The notes: generated from the letters alone by a model not told the origin. A DNA stretch of 64,000 bases from Candidatus Omnitrophota bacterium (GCA_013177805.1 JABLXU010000004.1:34447-98446), one strand, 5' to 3'. Positions 1 to 10,485 are shown, counted from the first letter of the stretch. Translations and numbers: made by a program.

Positions 1-1
1 G

Positions 2-706
2 CTTTGCGATATGGGCTGCCACAGCATCGCCGTGGGCTGGTATTGCCTCACGCCCCTGGGCAAGCCGTTGACTTTCCTGCAACCTCAAGAGGTTTCCTGT
101 GAACTCGGGCTTCTGAAATGGGGATTGCCTTACTGGCGGGACAAATTGTTGAAAGACCGGGGCGTGGATTATACCAAAACCCCTGCCGAGGATTTTTGCA
201 CTGGGATGATCACCTATAAGAATCCCGAAACCGGCCAGATCGTCAAAGCGCAATTCACCAATTCGTGGATGTTCGAAAAACAAGGCTTGCGCCTCTTCAT
301 GGACGGTATGGGGCCGGGATACGCGTTTGAAATCAACACCCTCATTTCTCCACTCAATATATTCATTGGCGACGCCGCCGCCGAAGCCGCCGCGGACGCC
401 GAATCCGCGCTCGAAAAAGCCACCGCCAGCCGGGGGCTTCTGGCCGTGCAATACAACGAGGCCGACCTGTACGGTTATACAGATGAAAACGCGGAAGCCG
501 CCGAGGCTTTTCTCCAAGGCCGTGATGCCTTTCTGCCCCTCTCCTATGGCTTGGAAATCACCAAGTTGGTCATGGCGGCCTATCTGGCGGCGGAAAGAAA
601 AAAAACCATCGACCTGACCGATCCCGTTATTCAAAAGGAACTGGAAACCTACATCCCGGCGATTCAACAAGGGAAGGGAAGAGATGTGCTGCCCATGAAG
701 GGGTGA
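2..706 (+). CDS. Gfo/Idh/MocA-like oxidoreductase, C-terminal part (5' end outside window)
   Basis: The frame is open to the window edge, with no stop before pos 11. A GCHSIAVGWY segment plus a C-terminal alpha/beta region resemble the C-terminal domain of this family. The call is from memory of the family, not a search. Confidence 0.5.
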   Translation, partial: LCDMGCHSIAVGWYCLTPLGKPLTFLQPQEVSCELGLLKWGLPYWRDKLLKDRGVDYTKTPAEDFCTGMITYKNPETGQIVKAQFTNSWMFEKQGLRLFMDGMGPGYAFEINTLISPLNIFIGDAAAEAAADAESALEKATASRGLLAVQYNEADLYGYTDENAEAAEAFLQGRDAFLPLSYGLEITKLVMAAYLAAERKKTIDLTDPVIQKELETYIPAIQQGKGRDVLPMKG

Positions 707-1035
707 TCCTGTGGGATCCGGATTCGACCGGCCGTTCCGGTGACGGCAAAATCGCACCTGATTGTCTTTTGTTGGCCCTGCCGGAGTTGAACTAGCCGGA
801 ATACCTATTGCCGGGGAAACCAAAGGAGGAGTAATCTAACCGTGGGATTATGCCGGCCCGCCCCGGATCGCCACCTTGAACCTCGAAAGAAAGGGTTGCT
901 CCATACCGGGGGGGGAGGTATATATCATTTTCTGAGAGTGACGGTGGTTGTGTCAGCCGGCTGGATTTTATTAAGGGAAATCCATTGTCACCACAGATCA
1001 TTGCATAGGGGTAAGATTCAAAAAGGAGAAAGAAA

Positions 1036-1344
1036 ATGACCTATGTCGTGTGTGAGCCCTGCGTGAATTGTAAATACGGCGATTGCGCCGAGGTCTGTCC
1101 CGTGGAATGTTTCTACGAGGGAGACGATATGCTGTATATCAATCCGGATGAATGCATCGATTGCGATGCCTGTGCCCCCGTCTGTCCGGTAAACGCCATT
1201 TTCCCTGAAGATGAAGTCCCCAGTGAATGGTCCGAGTTCATCGCGAAAAACGCCAATTTCGAATTCACGGAGGAAAAACGCCGCAATTCGAAAGAAGACG
1301 TGACCCATGGCCCCAAATGGGATCCGGCCCTGGCCGGCCAATGA
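1036..1344 (+). CDS. fdxA: 7Fe-type ferredoxin (3Fe-4S + 4Fe-4S)
   Basis: 102 aa. The Cys clusters [17 protein letters not shown] and [12 protein letters not shown] are typical of FdxA-type ferredoxins. An AAGGAG SD lies 7 nt upstream of the ATG. Confidence 0.9.
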   Translation: MTYVVCEPCVNCKYGDCAEVCPVECFYEGDDMLYINPDECIDCDACAPVCPVNAIFPEDEVPSEWSEFIAKNANFEFTEEKRRNSKEDVTHGPKWDPALAGQ

Positions 1345-1393
1345 CGCGGTTCTGGGTTCGTTTGTGAAAAACACACCCCTGGGCAACCCAAAA

Positions 1394-1430
1394 GGGGGAG
1401 AAAAAAAACAATTCTTCTCCCTCTTTTTTT
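1394..1430. terminator. Intrinsic terminator hairpin between convergent genes
   Basis: GGGAGAA (1396-1402) pairs with TTCTCCC (1415-1421) and is followed by T7 (1424-1430) on the + strand. On the - strand the same hairpin is followed by only a short T4 tract. Confidence 0.6.
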
Positions 1431-1441
1431 GTGAATGCCCC

Positions 1442-2233
1442 TTATTTCTCCCTGGATCTTCTTTTGTTCCCGGATGGCGTTGCGTTGCCGGGCGGATGGA
1501 GCCGGGTGGGATCCATGGGTTCATACACGGTCAGGATGCTGACCGCTTGGTATCCGGGCTGGACGACAGTTCCATTTTGAATCACCGGCTCGAAGGCGTA
1601 TTCGGCCTGGACGAACCAGCCGATGGCGTCGCACCAATACGAATCCACGACGGCGTTCATTTCCACCGCCAAGTCTTCCACCCGGGTGGCCATCCGGATC
1701 CGCTCCGTGAAATGCCGGCACAGGTAAGCCCCGGCGGGCGTAACCATGCGCACATCGTATCCCCGCCGGACGGTGGCGGTGATCTCCCCCGTGCCGATCG
1801 CCGCCCCGGTCCGGGAATCGATGACCGTTTGCCGAGACCGGTAGGTTTTTTCGGCCTCCCGGGGTAAATCCATGTAACGGACTGGCTGGGGCGGCTTGTA
1901 TTGGATCCGCAGTTCGTTTTCTCCTTCCCGCAAGACCTGGTGGTGGAGCAAGTAATTCGTGTCGTAATATCCCGCTTGGATACCCGGGACCCGCTCAAAG
2001 ATTTCCTCGAACCGCCAGAGCGGATTCTTCCCCGGTGATTCCGGACCTGTCACGGTAACCACCCGCAGGCCTCCAGCGTCTTTCAACCCATTCCCCCAGG
2101 GCAACGGCCCGGAATGCTTATACACGTACCGTTGGCCGGTCTCGGGCGGGGGAGGATTTTGATCCAGCGAGAACGAGGATTTTTTAGGAATGCCGCCGCA
2201 GTGGGCTAAGATAAGCAAGCAGCCCAGGAACAA
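1442..2233 (-). CDS. Hypothetical secreted protein or lipoprotein, last gene of the VWA operon
   Basis: The ORF is open up to 2422, but that start would overlap the upstream gene by 113 nt. The first in-frame start downstream of the upstream stop is TTG at 2233, giving MFLGCLLILAHCGG (signal or lipobox-like). The start is uncertain and no family was recognised. Confidence 0.45.
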   Translation of the reverse strand: MFLGCLLILAHCGGIPKKSSFSLDQNPPPPETGQRYVYKHSGPLPWGNGLKDAGGLRVVTVTGPESPGKNPLWRFEEIFERVPGIQAGYYDTNYLLHHQVLREGENELRIQYKPPQPVRYMDLPREAEKTYRSRQTVIDSRTGAAIGTGEITATVRRGYDVRMVTPAGAYLCRHFTERIRMATRVEDLAVEMNAVVDSYWCDAIGWFVQAEYAFEPVIQNGTVVQPGYQAVSILTVYEPMDPTRLHPPGNATPSGNKRRSREK

Positions 2234-2309
2234 GAAATACCTGGTACCCCCCGTTTCGGCCGTGGGGTTTGTCCGGCGCAGGTAGGCATAACCATTACGC
2301 CTCCACCGG

Positions 2310-5246
2310 TCAATGATTGTCCCGCGGGCCTTTGAATTGCCCTTTGGCGCGGGATTTCGCCCGGAACAAGGCACTGGTGTAGGCATCCTGAGGTTGATCT
2401 TCGAATGGTTGGGATTCTTCATCGCGGGTCACTTCATGCCAGGGCGCGGTTGCTTCGCCTGGCTTCTTGATCTGCGCTTCCTGGGCTTCCAACGCGGCGA
2501 TCTCGACGGCATTCACTTTGTCCAGGCGTTGAATCAGGGTCTCTTTTGGCTGGCCGGCCATGACCGCCGGTTCGGCGGCCCGCGCTTTGGCCTGCATCAG
2601 CTGCCCAAGTTCCTGGGTCGCGGGACCCACAGGCACGGGTTTCCGGATAAAAGGCGCCCGCATCCAATTCCAGGCCTGAAGGAGCCCCCGTTGGAGTTGA
2701 GGGAGTTCGAAAAACACCCGCCGCGCCGCGATATCGCCGAAAAAGAGAAACACGGCCAGCCCCAACAGGAAAGGCCACAGGGGGAGCAGGTCACCGGTAG
2801 AATCGAGGTTGTGTTCGAAGACAGGCGTTTCGGGAGTCAACGCGGGGTGGCCGCTGATTGCCAGCAGCCGCTTGAGGACCATGTCGTTCTGTTTCGTGGT
2901 GTTGTGTTCGGGCGAATAAGGAACCGCGATGCCGTGGGTCAAATAGCCCTCCGTTTCCCCTTCGCCCTGGTAGGTCATGTTAATCAAATAGCTTCCCGCG
3001 GCCGAGACAGGAAACGTTCCTACGTAACGGCCCGGTTCGGTCTGCCGCACCTCGAATGTCCGGGTTTGCAGGCTGGGATCGATCACCGCGGCCGAGAAGG
3101 TCAAATCATTCAGAAATTCGCCCTCCTCCGTCAGGGCGTCCACGGTACAGATCACGCGGTCACCCTCGAGGGTGGTCTGCATTTGAAACGTGTCCTGCCC
3201 GCCCGATCGCAAGGTCCACCGGACCAGTTGGCTCCAAAATTTGGCGTACTGGTCCCAGCTCAGCCATTCCCGTCCCCACCGGGCCTTGGCATCGGAGGTG
3301 AAGGCCGCTGTTTTGCCCAATCCGTAGCGCCAATGCGCCAGGAGGGGATCCTGCTTATGGGTGACCATCACCGTTTCGGCCTCCGCTTTGGGACCGGTGA
3401 CGACATATCCCTGCAACGGGGGGAATCCACTGTCGAATCCGAGCAACACTTCGCTGCGTTGTGTGACGACCGGCGTGAAAGGCTCCTCCAGGATCATGTT
3501 CCGCCGCACGGTCATAGCTTCTTTGGTGAAGATTTTGGGCAGGTTGTTGTTGTTCTTGACGTGATAAAAATTGCCTTTGCCCAGTTGCGCCAAACGTTGC
3601 ATGACATCCACATCCCGCTGGGAGTGCGGATTGATGCAGACCGTGGAGATCGTGATTTTGTTTTCCACGATCTCCTCGATCAGGCTTTGCGTCGGCTGGG
3701 CGGGGTCGCCGTCCGATAGGATCACAATGTGCTTGATGTTGGCGGGAGTTTGCTTCAGCGCGTCGCAAGCCATACGCAACGTGGTATCGAACGAGGGCAT
3801 GTCTCCGATGTCGTTGAAGGTCATGTATTGGATGGCTTGCCGTTGCCGCCGTTTGTTTCCGGCGGGCTCCAACGGGAACAGCCACCCTTCTCCGCCTAAG
3901 AGTGGACTGAAGCGCAGCAAACCAACGTAATCATTGCGGGAGAGGGTATCCAGCGCGGCCAGGGAAATTTCCTGTGCCCAGTAATTGCCCTGGGGGATTT
4001 CACATGAGTGCGCGATGAGCACCAGTGCTCCGCTGGGGATGATCCGCCGTTGCTTGACGTCCATGGTGACGGGCAGCGCCTTTTCCACCGGGGAATCCTG
4101 ATAGCCCCCCGCCCCGAAGCTTTCCGGCCCGCCGATCATCAGCAGGCCGATGCCCAGGTCGCCGGCGGCGGTTTCCAGCATTTGCATCTGCGGCCGGGCG
4201 AGATCCGCGGCCGGCACGTTGGAGAGGATCACGCCGTCGTACATCTGCAATTCGCGGAGAGTTCCCGGCATTTCTTCCGGCAGGCGCATATCAGTCTGGA
4301 TGCCTTCGGCCAGCAGCGCCGCCGCGAGAAACCGCCCCTCGCGCAATTCGGTTTCCACCAGCAATACCCGGGGCAGGCCTTTAACGAAGGCGAAATTCTG
4401 GGCGCGGTTGTTGGAAGGCCGCCGGTCGTTTTCCGCCTCCACCACCGCCTCGTAGGTATAAACGCCGGCCTGCTCGATGCTCCGCGAAACCTTGAACGCG
4501 TTTTTGCCGGGATTGAGTTCGACTTTTTCTTCCGCGATGACTTGTCCGTTTTCCGTCACCCGCAACACGCCCGGCCCTGCCTCCTGGGCATTGACCAGCA
4601 CTTTGATGGTGAAAGGCTCTTTCTCGCGGAGGGCGGCGGGAATCACCAGGTCTTCCACCAACACTTCCTGGCTGTAGGCGTATTCCAGCGGCATAATCCG
4701 CAAATCGATCTTGTTGGCCTTGGCCCGTTGCGCCGCTGCTTCCGCGTCCCCTTGCGTCTGATTGCCGTCCGTGATTAAAACGATGCGTTTTTGCACTCCC
4801 TCGGGAAACGCGGCCATGGCCAGGTTTATGGCCGCCTCAATATCGGTGCCTTCTGTGTTCAGAATCGATTGGTATTCTTGCAGCCGCACGTTTTCTTGCG
4901 GATTGTCCTGCAGCATCGCCTCTTTCCCGAAAAAGAGGATGCCCGCCCGATCTCCTTCGGGAATTTCATCGAGCCGTTCCTGCACATACGCCAGACTGAA
5001 CTGTTGCCGGTCCATAGGGACACTGGCTGACCGGTCGATCGCGAAAATGACTGTCAGCTGGTTGCCTTTATCCACCAGTTCCACTTCCGCCAGAGCGAGA
5101 ATGAATGATAAAAGAACCAGCGAACGCAACAGGAGGACGAGGGTTTTCCGCCCCTGTCCCAACACCCGCACATTCCGCGCGGTAAGCCACAAGGCGGGGA
5201 TGAGCAACAGAAGAATGCAATAGGATGGTTGCAGTACGCGGATCAT
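2310..5246 (-). CDS. Large membrane-anchored von Willebrand factor A (VWA) domain protein, BatA/BatB-like
   Basis: N-terminal TM helices (MIRVLQPSYCILLLLIPALWL...). A MIDAS-type block reads VIFAIDRSASV, and a second VWA-like block reads ILSDGD. A C-terminal TM follows (LWPFLLGLAVFLFFGDIAARR). The start is set at MIRVLQ (ATG 5246) rather than the longest ORF. Confidence 0.8.
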   Translation of the reverse strand: MIRVLQPSYCILLLLIPALWLTARNVRVLGQGRKTLVLLLRSLVLLSFILALAEVELVDKGNQLTVIFAIDRSASVPMDRQQFSLAYVQERLDEIPEGDRAGILFFGKEAMLQDNPQENVRLQEYQSILNTEGTDIEAAINLAMAAFPEGVQKRIVLITDGNQTQGDAEAAAQRAKANKIDLRIMPLEYAYSQEVLVEDLVIPAALREKEPFTIKVLVNAQEAGPGVLRVTENGQVIAEEKVELNPGKNAFKVSRSIEQAGVYTYEAVVEAENDRRPSNNRAQNFAFVKGLPRVLLVETELREGRFLAAALLAEGIQTDMRLPEEMPGTLRELQMYDGVILSNVPAADLARPQMQMLETAAGDLGIGLLMIGGPESFGAGGYQDSPVEKALPVTMDVKQRRIIPSGALVLIAHSCEIPQGNYWAQEISLAALDTLSRNDYVGLLRFSPLLGGEGWLFPLEPAGNKRRQRQAIQYMTFNDIGDMPSFDTTLRMACDALKQTPANIKHIVILSDGDPAQPTQSLIEEIVENKITISTVCINPHSQRDVDVMQRLAQLGKGNFYHVKNNNNLPKIFTKEAMTVRRNMILEEPFTPVVTQRSEVLLGFDSGFPPLQGYVVTGPKAEAETVMVTHKQDPLLAHWRYGLGKTAAFTSDAKARWGREWLSWDQYAKFWSQLVRWTLRSGGQDTFQMQTTLEGDRVICTVDALTEEGEFLNDLTFSAAVIDPSLQTRTFEVRQTEPGRYVGTFPVSAAGSYLINMTYQGEGETEGYLTHGIAVPYSPEHNTTKQNDMVLKRLLAISGHPALTPETPVFEHNLDSTGDLLPLWPFLLGLAVFLFFGDIAARRVFFELPQLQRGLLQAWNWMRAPFIRKPVPVGPATQELGQLMQAKARAAEPAVMAGQPKETLIQRLDKVNAVEIAALEAQEAQIKKPGEATAPWHEVTRDEESQPFEDQPQDAYTSALFRAKSRAKGQFKGPRDNH

Positions 5247-5385
5247 GTTCACCTTCCCGCCGCCCCGTCCCGCCCTGACAGGACGAGGACACATTCTTTC
5301 CGTATTGTAACGCCAAACCGCCGGTCTTGTCTTTCCCCTTATCGCGGAATGGGATTTTGGGAGTAGAACAGATCAATTGGTGTTG

Positions 5386-7101
5386 TTATTCTGCCAGCGA
5401 GGCCAGTTCTTTTTCTACCTCGCTCATCAGGGGGGCCATGATCTTCGCGGAGAATTCAAATTGCGCCCCGGCGGTTTTGAACAATTCCGGCAAAGGGCGG
5501 GATCCGCCCAGGGCCAACGCTTTTTTATAATCCGCCACGGCGCTGGATCCGTACCGTTTGAAGTTTTTCCAGACTTGCAGGGCGCCCAACTGGGCGATGC
5601 CGTACTCAATGTAATAAAACGGATGGCAGAACAGGTGCAATTGCCGTTGCCAGAGGCTTTCCCGCGCGGCTTCGTATCCCGTCCAGTCGAGAGGCATGCC
5701 GAACCGCTGGTCCAGTTCCAGCCAATAGCGGTTGCGTTCTTCGCGGGTGTGCTGGGGGTGGGAATAAAGCCAGTGCTGGAACGCGTCGATGCGCGCGATC
5801 CAGGGGAGAATCTCGATGATGCCCTCCAAATGCTTCCGCCTCGCGCGGGCGGCGTCCGCCTCCGAATAAAATTCGTGGTAATACTCCGCGCAGAACAATT
5901 CCATCGTCATGGAGGCCACTTCGGCGAATTCGATGGGGGAATCCCGGTAGGGCAACAGCGGCTCGTTCCGGGTGGCGATGGCATGGAAGGCGTGGCCGGC
6001 CTCGTGGGTGAGGGTTTCCACGTCGCGGTGCAAGCCCGCCGCGTTCATGAAGATGAACGGCCGCCGGATTTCATCCAAGGTGTATTGATAGCCGCCCGGC
6101 GCCTTGCCCTTGCGGCTCTCGAGGTCCAACTCGCCCCGCCGGCCCATCTCCTGAAAGATCGAGGCCAGTTCCGGATCGACCCGCGTCAGGATTTTGTGTA
6201 CCCCGGCCAGCAGTTCCTCGCCGGTTTGGAAGGGGCGCAGCGGCGGCCGGCCCAGGGGATCCACGGCGGTGTCCCACGGGCGCAAGCGGTCCAACCGCAT
6301 CAATTCCCGCCGCCGTTCCAGAATTTTCCGGGCCAGGGGAACCACCGATTCCTCGACCGCCTGGTGAAACCGTTCGCAATCGAGCGGGGTATAGTCAAAG
6401 CGTTTATACATCTGGAAGGCATAGTCGATGAAAGCCGGGTAATCGGCGTTGAGAGCCATCCGGTGGCGGATTTGAATCAGCTGATCGAAGATTTCGTCCA
6501 TCTTCTCCCGGTCTTGCAGCCGCCGCCGGGCGATGAGTTCCCAGGCCTCCTGCCGCCGCGGCCGGTCGGTCTCTTCCAAATATTTGGCCATTTGGGGCAT
6601 GGTTTGTTCTTGTCCATCGAATTCCACCGTCATCGCTCCGCAGAGTTTTTGATACGATTGGCTTAGTTTCTGGCTTTCAGTCTGGAGAGGAATATTTTCT
6701 TCCCGGAACAGTTTGATTTCCGCGTCGATGTTACGATCCAGCACCTTGTAGCGTTCGTAGTCCATCTCCAATCGCACAGGGCACGCCGCGTACTTTTTGT
6801 TCAGGGCGTGCTCGTAGGGCTTGCATCGAGGTTCGATGTTTTCCAGGTAATCCAGAAATTGCTTCTCGTACTCAGCGTTGTCGGTGTGGCAGGTCATGCG
6901 GATATACCGGCGGCCTCGTTCTTCCGAGAGGCAGGCGAACAGTTCGGACTGGTCCAGCAGCCATTGTTCGAGCGCCGCCTTGCTCTTCAGTTCCCTGTCC
7001 TGGAGATTCCGAAACAGCGGCTCGATCGTTTCCCATTTCCCCAGGTCCGCCTCCTCCGGCACGAACCGGCGGGGATATTCCTTGGGTTGATTCAAGTTCA
7101 T
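5386..7101 (-). CDS. pepF: M3B-family oligoendopeptidase F
   Basis: 571 aa with the zinc motif LTHEAGHAFH (HExxH). Length and overall pattern are typical of PepF. Confidence 0.9.
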   Translation of the reverse strand: MNLNQPKEYPRRFVPEEADLGKWETIEPLFRNLQDRELKSKAALEQWLLDQSELFACLSEERGRRYIRMTCHTDNAEYEKQFLDYLENIEPRCKPYEHALNKKYAACPVRLEMDYERYKVLDRNIDAEIKLFREENIPLQTESQKLSQSYQKLCGAMTVEFDGQEQTMPQMAKYLEETDRPRRQEAWELIARRRLQDREKMDEIFDQLIQIRHRMALNADYPAFIDYAFQMYKRFDYTPLDCERFHQAVEESVVPLARKILERRRELMRLDRLRPWDTAVDPLGRPPLRPFQTGEELLAGVHKILTRVDPELASIFQEMGRRGELDLESRKGKAPGGYQYTLDEIRRPFIFMNAAGLHRDVETLTHEAGHAFHAIATRNEPLLPYRDSPIEFAEVASMTMELFCAEYYHEFYSEADAARARRKHLEGIIEILPWIARIDAFQHWLYSHPQHTREERNRYWLELDQRFGMPLDWTGYEAARESLWQRQLHLFCHPFYYIEYGIAQLGALQVWKNFKRYGSSAVADYKKALALGGSRPLPELFKTAGAQFEFSAKIMAPLMSEVEKELASLAE

Positions 7102-7220
7102 CGCGTCTCCTTTCAGTTTTCTTGGATTGGATTATGGGTTCATTGGCCCATGGGATACGGAATTTTCACGAAGACAGGACCATTTATCAATCGGATTAGC
7201 CGGCGCGAAACACTCCCACC

Positions 7221-7257
7221 TTCCTTTTCCCCTGGGAGAAGGCCAGGGGAAGGGAAT
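7221..7257 (+). repeat. GC-rich intergenic hairpin repeat, copy 1
   Basis: Sequence TTCCTTTTCCCCTGGGAGAAGGCCAGGGGAAGGGAAT. It contains a perfect 9-bp stem, TTCCCCTGG (7227-7235) with CCAGGGGAA (7243-7251). It aligns with the copies at 13171, 15173, 17912 and 45771. Confidence 0.6.
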
Positions 7258-7332
7258 CATGGGAGGGACAAAGCAGGGTGGAGGTCCGGAGTCCTGGGCG
7301 GGAAAGGAGCTCATCCCTCCAGCCACCAGCCT

Positions 7333-7617
7333 TCATCCTCCCTCCTCATTCTGTGCCTTGGCTTCCTCATCTGTTTCATTCGTTTCGGGAAGGAGGGTTT
7401 CCTTGTAGGCTTCGGCTTGCTGTTTCATCACCTCGTAATGATGCCAAATGCGGTCGCGGGCGCCGGGATGGATCTCGTCCAGATAATTCAAAATGGCTTG
7501 CAGCGCCCAGCTGTTGCTCAACACCACATCCTGGAGGGGAACTCGTGTTTCTTTCCACGGGGATTCCGGGGCGCCGTGGGATGGCGTTTTCTTGGGAAGG
7601 TCTTTTTTTTTCGTCAT
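7333..7617 (-). CDS. Hypothetical small acidic protein
   Basis: The start is placed at MTKKKDLPKK (ATG 7617), preceded by GGAGAT 4 nt upstream. No recognised domain. Confidence 0.45.
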   Translation of the reverse strand: MTKKKDLPKKTPSHGAPESPWKETRVPLQDVVLSNSWALQAILNYLDEIHPGARDRIWHHYEVMKQQAEAYKETLLPETNETDEEAKAQNEEGG

Positions 7618-7660
7618 GGGGATCTCCAATATCGGCGGTTCCATCAATCCGGCAGCCGGA

Positions 7661-8326
7661 TCACTCCGGTTCATACGGAGAGTGTGTGGAATCCAAAGGT
7701 GGCGGTGTCGTCGCGGAGCGGATCAATTCTTGTTTTTCGAGGATCTGCTGGTCCAGTTCTTCGATTTGCGTTTTGATTTCTTTGATCTCCGATTGCATGC
7801 GCGTTTTTTTCCGGTGGATGGCAGCTTGCTCTTGTTTCAGCTTGTCCATGTCTTGGATATATGTCACCACGGCCACGAGAAGGGCCGCCGCCAGCATAAC
7901 TAAAAACAGGGTGAACCATTGCGCCAAGAACACGATCATCGCCAGCATCAATCCAGCCACTCCCCACATCGCTGAATTGACTCCCGGCACCACCGTGGTG
8001 TGCAACGCCGCGATCCGGTTTTCCAGGATTTGAATAGAACCGGCGTGGTCGGCCCGTTGTTTTTCAAGTGTGGCGATTTCTTCCTGCAACACCGGGACAT
8101 TGATGGGGGGAGGGGGAGGAGGATTGGGCTTCAATAGTTCTTGGCGCGCTTCTTGGATCAGCGCGTCCAGCCGGGCCGCGTCATACCGGGCTTCGCCCGC
8201 CAGGGAATTCAACGCCTCGATGAAATCATACTGCGCCTCCGCCTCCACGGATTTCAATAATCCTTCCGCGAAGGGGATCTCGTTGCGATGCACTTTGAAA
8301 GCGAGATTGAAGGCCGCGCTTTTCAT
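7661..8326 (-). CDS. Hypothetical coiled-coil membrane protein
   Basis: It has a poly-Pro tract (PNPPPPPPINVP), two central hydrophobic helices (WGVAGLMLAMIVFLAQWFTLFLVMLAAALLVAVV) and a heptad-like C-terminus. The start is chosen at MKSAAF (8326), but the ORF is open to 8434. Confidence 0.5.
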   Translation of the reverse strand: MKSAAFNLAFKVHRNEIPFAEGLLKSVEAEAQYDFIEALNSLAGEARYDAARLDALIQEARQELLKPNPPPPPPINVPVLQEEIATLEKQRADHAGSIQILENRIAALHTTVVPGVNSAMWGVAGLMLAMIVFLAQWFTLFLVMLAAALLVAVVTYIQDMDKLKQEQAAIHRKKTRMQSEIKEIKTQIEELDQQILEKQELIRSATTPPPLDSTHSPYEPE

Positions 8327-8485
8327 CTCCGGTGGTGATCTCCCCGTGTTGAGAATCACTCTTATAATAATACCCAGGCCTAGAAAACCCAGGGATGCCC
8401 GGCCGCCGGGGAAGGCCAAGCGATTGGGGGGCATCGCAGCAATTCCAATACTCGAGCTGCCCGAGATGAATAACGGAACCTTCCC

Positions 8486-9430
8486 CTATTTCATGACCGT
8501 GGTTGTGGGAAACGTTAATACCGGCGCGGCTTGGATGCGGTGATTTTTGGTATCGGCGACATAAAATGTGTCGCCATCCACGGTCACTCCCCACGGTTCC
8601 GCCAGTTCACCAGGTCCCGAACCGCGCCGCCCCCAGCTCCCCAAATGCGTACCATCCGGAGCGAAAATTTGCACGCGGTGATTGCCATAATCGGCGATCC
8701 ATAAGTGGCCATGGCGATCCACGTCAATGGCATACGGGAATTGCATATCCCCCGGACCGGTCCCCATGCGTCCAAAGATGCGCACCCGTTCGCCTTGCTG
8801 CGTATACACCTTGATCCGGTGGTTGACCGCGTCCGTGATGTACAACAGCCCGTCTATCCCTTTCACAATGCCCATCGGACGGTTGAAATGTTCTTCGCCT
8901 TCACCGAAATCTCCCCAGGCGCGGTGCAAGAATTCGCCGGAGCGCGAAAAAACCTGCACCCGGTCATGGACGCCATATTCGGTGATGAACAACTCCCCCT
9001 GATCCCCGAAGGCGATGCTCGTGGGATAGATGAATTTCCCCGGCTCTTCTCCGTATTCTCCGAACATCAACAACAAAGTTCCTTCAGGGCTGTATTGGAG
9101 AATCCGGGAGTTATGCGTGTCGGGAATCCATAGATTCCCGGTTTCGTCGATGGCCAAGCCCGTCGGGGTGCCATTATCGTATTTCTCCAACTCCCATACT
9201 AACAAGCATGAGCCGTGCTTGTCGAATTTTTGAATCCGCCCGCTGCGGTCGATGACGTAAACCAAGCCCCCCCGCGCGTGGATCGCCCGCGGGCCGGCAA
9301 AACGGCCGGGCGTTCCGCCCCGCGATCCCCATATGAAAACCGGGGGCTCAACAACCCGCGAGGTGGAACACCCCCAGGGCAGAAGGAGGCAAACCACTAG
9401 AATGAGGAATAGAGCCGCTGGTTTTCTCAT
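8486..9430 (-). CDS. NHL-repeat beta-propeller protein (secreted)
   Basis: Repeated NHL-type blades are visible: NSRILQY, HDRVQVF, NHRIKVY, NHRVQIF, NHRIQ. The signal peptide is MRKPAALFLILVVCLLLPWGCS. ATG 9430 overlaps the upstream stop as ATGA. Confidence 0.85.
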   Translation of the reverse strand: MRKPAALFLILVVCLLLPWGCSTSRVVEPPVFIWGSRGGTPGRFAGPRAIHARGGLVYVIDRSGRIQKFDKHGSCLLVWELEKYDNGTPTGLAIDETGNLWIPDTHNSRILQYSPEGTLLLMFGEYGEEPGKFIYPTSIAFGDQGELFITEYGVHDRVQVFSRSGEFLHRAWGDFGEGEEHFNRPMGIVKGIDGLLYITDAVNHRIKVYTQQGERVRIFGRMGTGPGDMQFPYAIDVDRHGHLWIADYGNHRVQIFAPDGTHLGSWGRRGSGPGELAEPWGVTVDGDTFYVADTKNHRIQAAPVLTFPTTTVMK

Positions 9431-10485
9431 ACCGGTCGATCCTCCAATACAGCCGGGGGATTCACGCACCGCAATCTCGCCCGTTGTCCCGTTTCGAGCA
9501 TGGTTTCTGCCAGGGCTTCAAAGCAATCCGTGCTGCAAACCGCTTGCACCCGGTATACCCGGCTGGCCGGCCGGCATTCCTGGATGATGGCCTCGCCTTG
9601 TACATCCGGCCAAGCCCGGAAATCCTCGGGGAACGCGGCCAGGCGAATCTGTTTTTCTACACCAGCAGAATTCGTAATCCAGTGGCCGAAGGGCGAGATG
9701 AGCGTTCCGTTTTCCAACCGGCCGGAGAAATAATTCCGGTAACCCACCAATTGAGCGGCATCCCGGTTTAGCGGATTCCGGACGACTTCGCACAGCTGGC
9801 CTTCCCGAACCACGCGGCCGCCGGACAAGATCACCAGCCGGTCTCCCAAGGCCAAGGCTTCGTCCAATTGATGTGTCACGGCCAGGATCGCCCGGTCTTC
9901 GCTCCGGCATTCCCGCAACCGCCGGATCAACTCTTCCCGCATCGGTCCTTCCACGCTGGAAAGCGGTTCGTCCAACAGCAGGTACGCCGGTTCCATGGCC
10001 AATGCCCGGGCCAGGGCCAGGCGTCTTTTTTCGCCTCCGGACAGTTGAGCGGGATACCGGTCCGCGAATGCCGCCAACCCCATCGAGATCAAAATATCTT
10101 CCGTACGCCGATGGATATCATCCCGGTTATTCATGAACGTCCGCAAAGGGATTTGAATATGTTCCGCGGCCGTGAGCGCCGGCCAGAGTGCGTCTTCTTG
10201 AAAGCAAAATCCCACGCGCCGGTTTCGGGGTGGCACCCACTGGGTCTCCGAGGAGACAATTTCCTCCCCCAGTTTCACCACACCGGCCGAAGGGCGTTCG
10301 AATCCCGCGATAAGCCGCAGGCAAGTGGTTTTGCCCACTCCCGAGGGGCCGAACAACACGGTGATTTGACCTGCCGGGACCTCGAAATTCACCTCCCGCA
10401 AAACTGCCCGCGTTCCGCGGCGCAACGAGATGCCTTCGAGCGCGATCCGGATGGTTGAGGCAGGGAAGGATTTGTTCCGGTTCAT
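9427..10485 (-). CDS. ABC transporter ATP-binding protein (FbpC/PotA-like importer ATPase)
   Basis: Walker A GPSGVGKTT, signature LSGGEKRR and Walker B LLLDEPLS, plus a C-terminal regulatory-type domain. The start at MNRNKSF (10485) overlaps the permease stop as ATGA. The longer tracked ORF to 11343 is an artefact. Confidence 0.9.
   Translation of the reverse strand: MNRNKSFPASTIRIALEGISLRRGTRAVLREVNFEVPAGQITVLFGPSGVGKTTCLRLIAGFERPSAGVVKLGEEIVSSETQWVPPRNRRVGFCFQEDALWPALTAAEHIQIPLRTFMNNRDDIHRRTEDILISMGLAAFADRYPAQLSGGEKRRLALARALAMEPAYLLLDEPLSSVEGPMREELIRRLRECRSEDRAILAVTHQLDEALALGDRLVILSGGRVVREGQLCEVVRNPLNRDAAQLVGYRNYFSGRLENGTLISPFGHWITNSAGVEKQIRLAAFPEDFRAWPDVQGEAIIQECRPASRVYRVQAVCSTDCFEALAETMLETGQRARLRCVNPPAVLEDRPV

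Noticed and set aside
707-1035. A 330-bp ORF-poor region upstream of the ferredoxin gene contains CGGATTCGAC (719-728), identical to a stretch near the 5' end of tmRNAs.
   Set aside because: It has no GGGG acceptor 5' end, no 3' T-arm or CCACCA-like end on either strand, and no tag reading frame. I also could not recognise any riboswitch core. It is probably just a promoter and leader, but an Rfam scan would settle it.
10296-10306. The tRNA T-loop-like string GTTCGAATCCC.
   Set aside because: It lies inside the ABC ATPase coding sequence. The flanking bases cannot form a T-stem, and no acceptor or anticodon arms are present.
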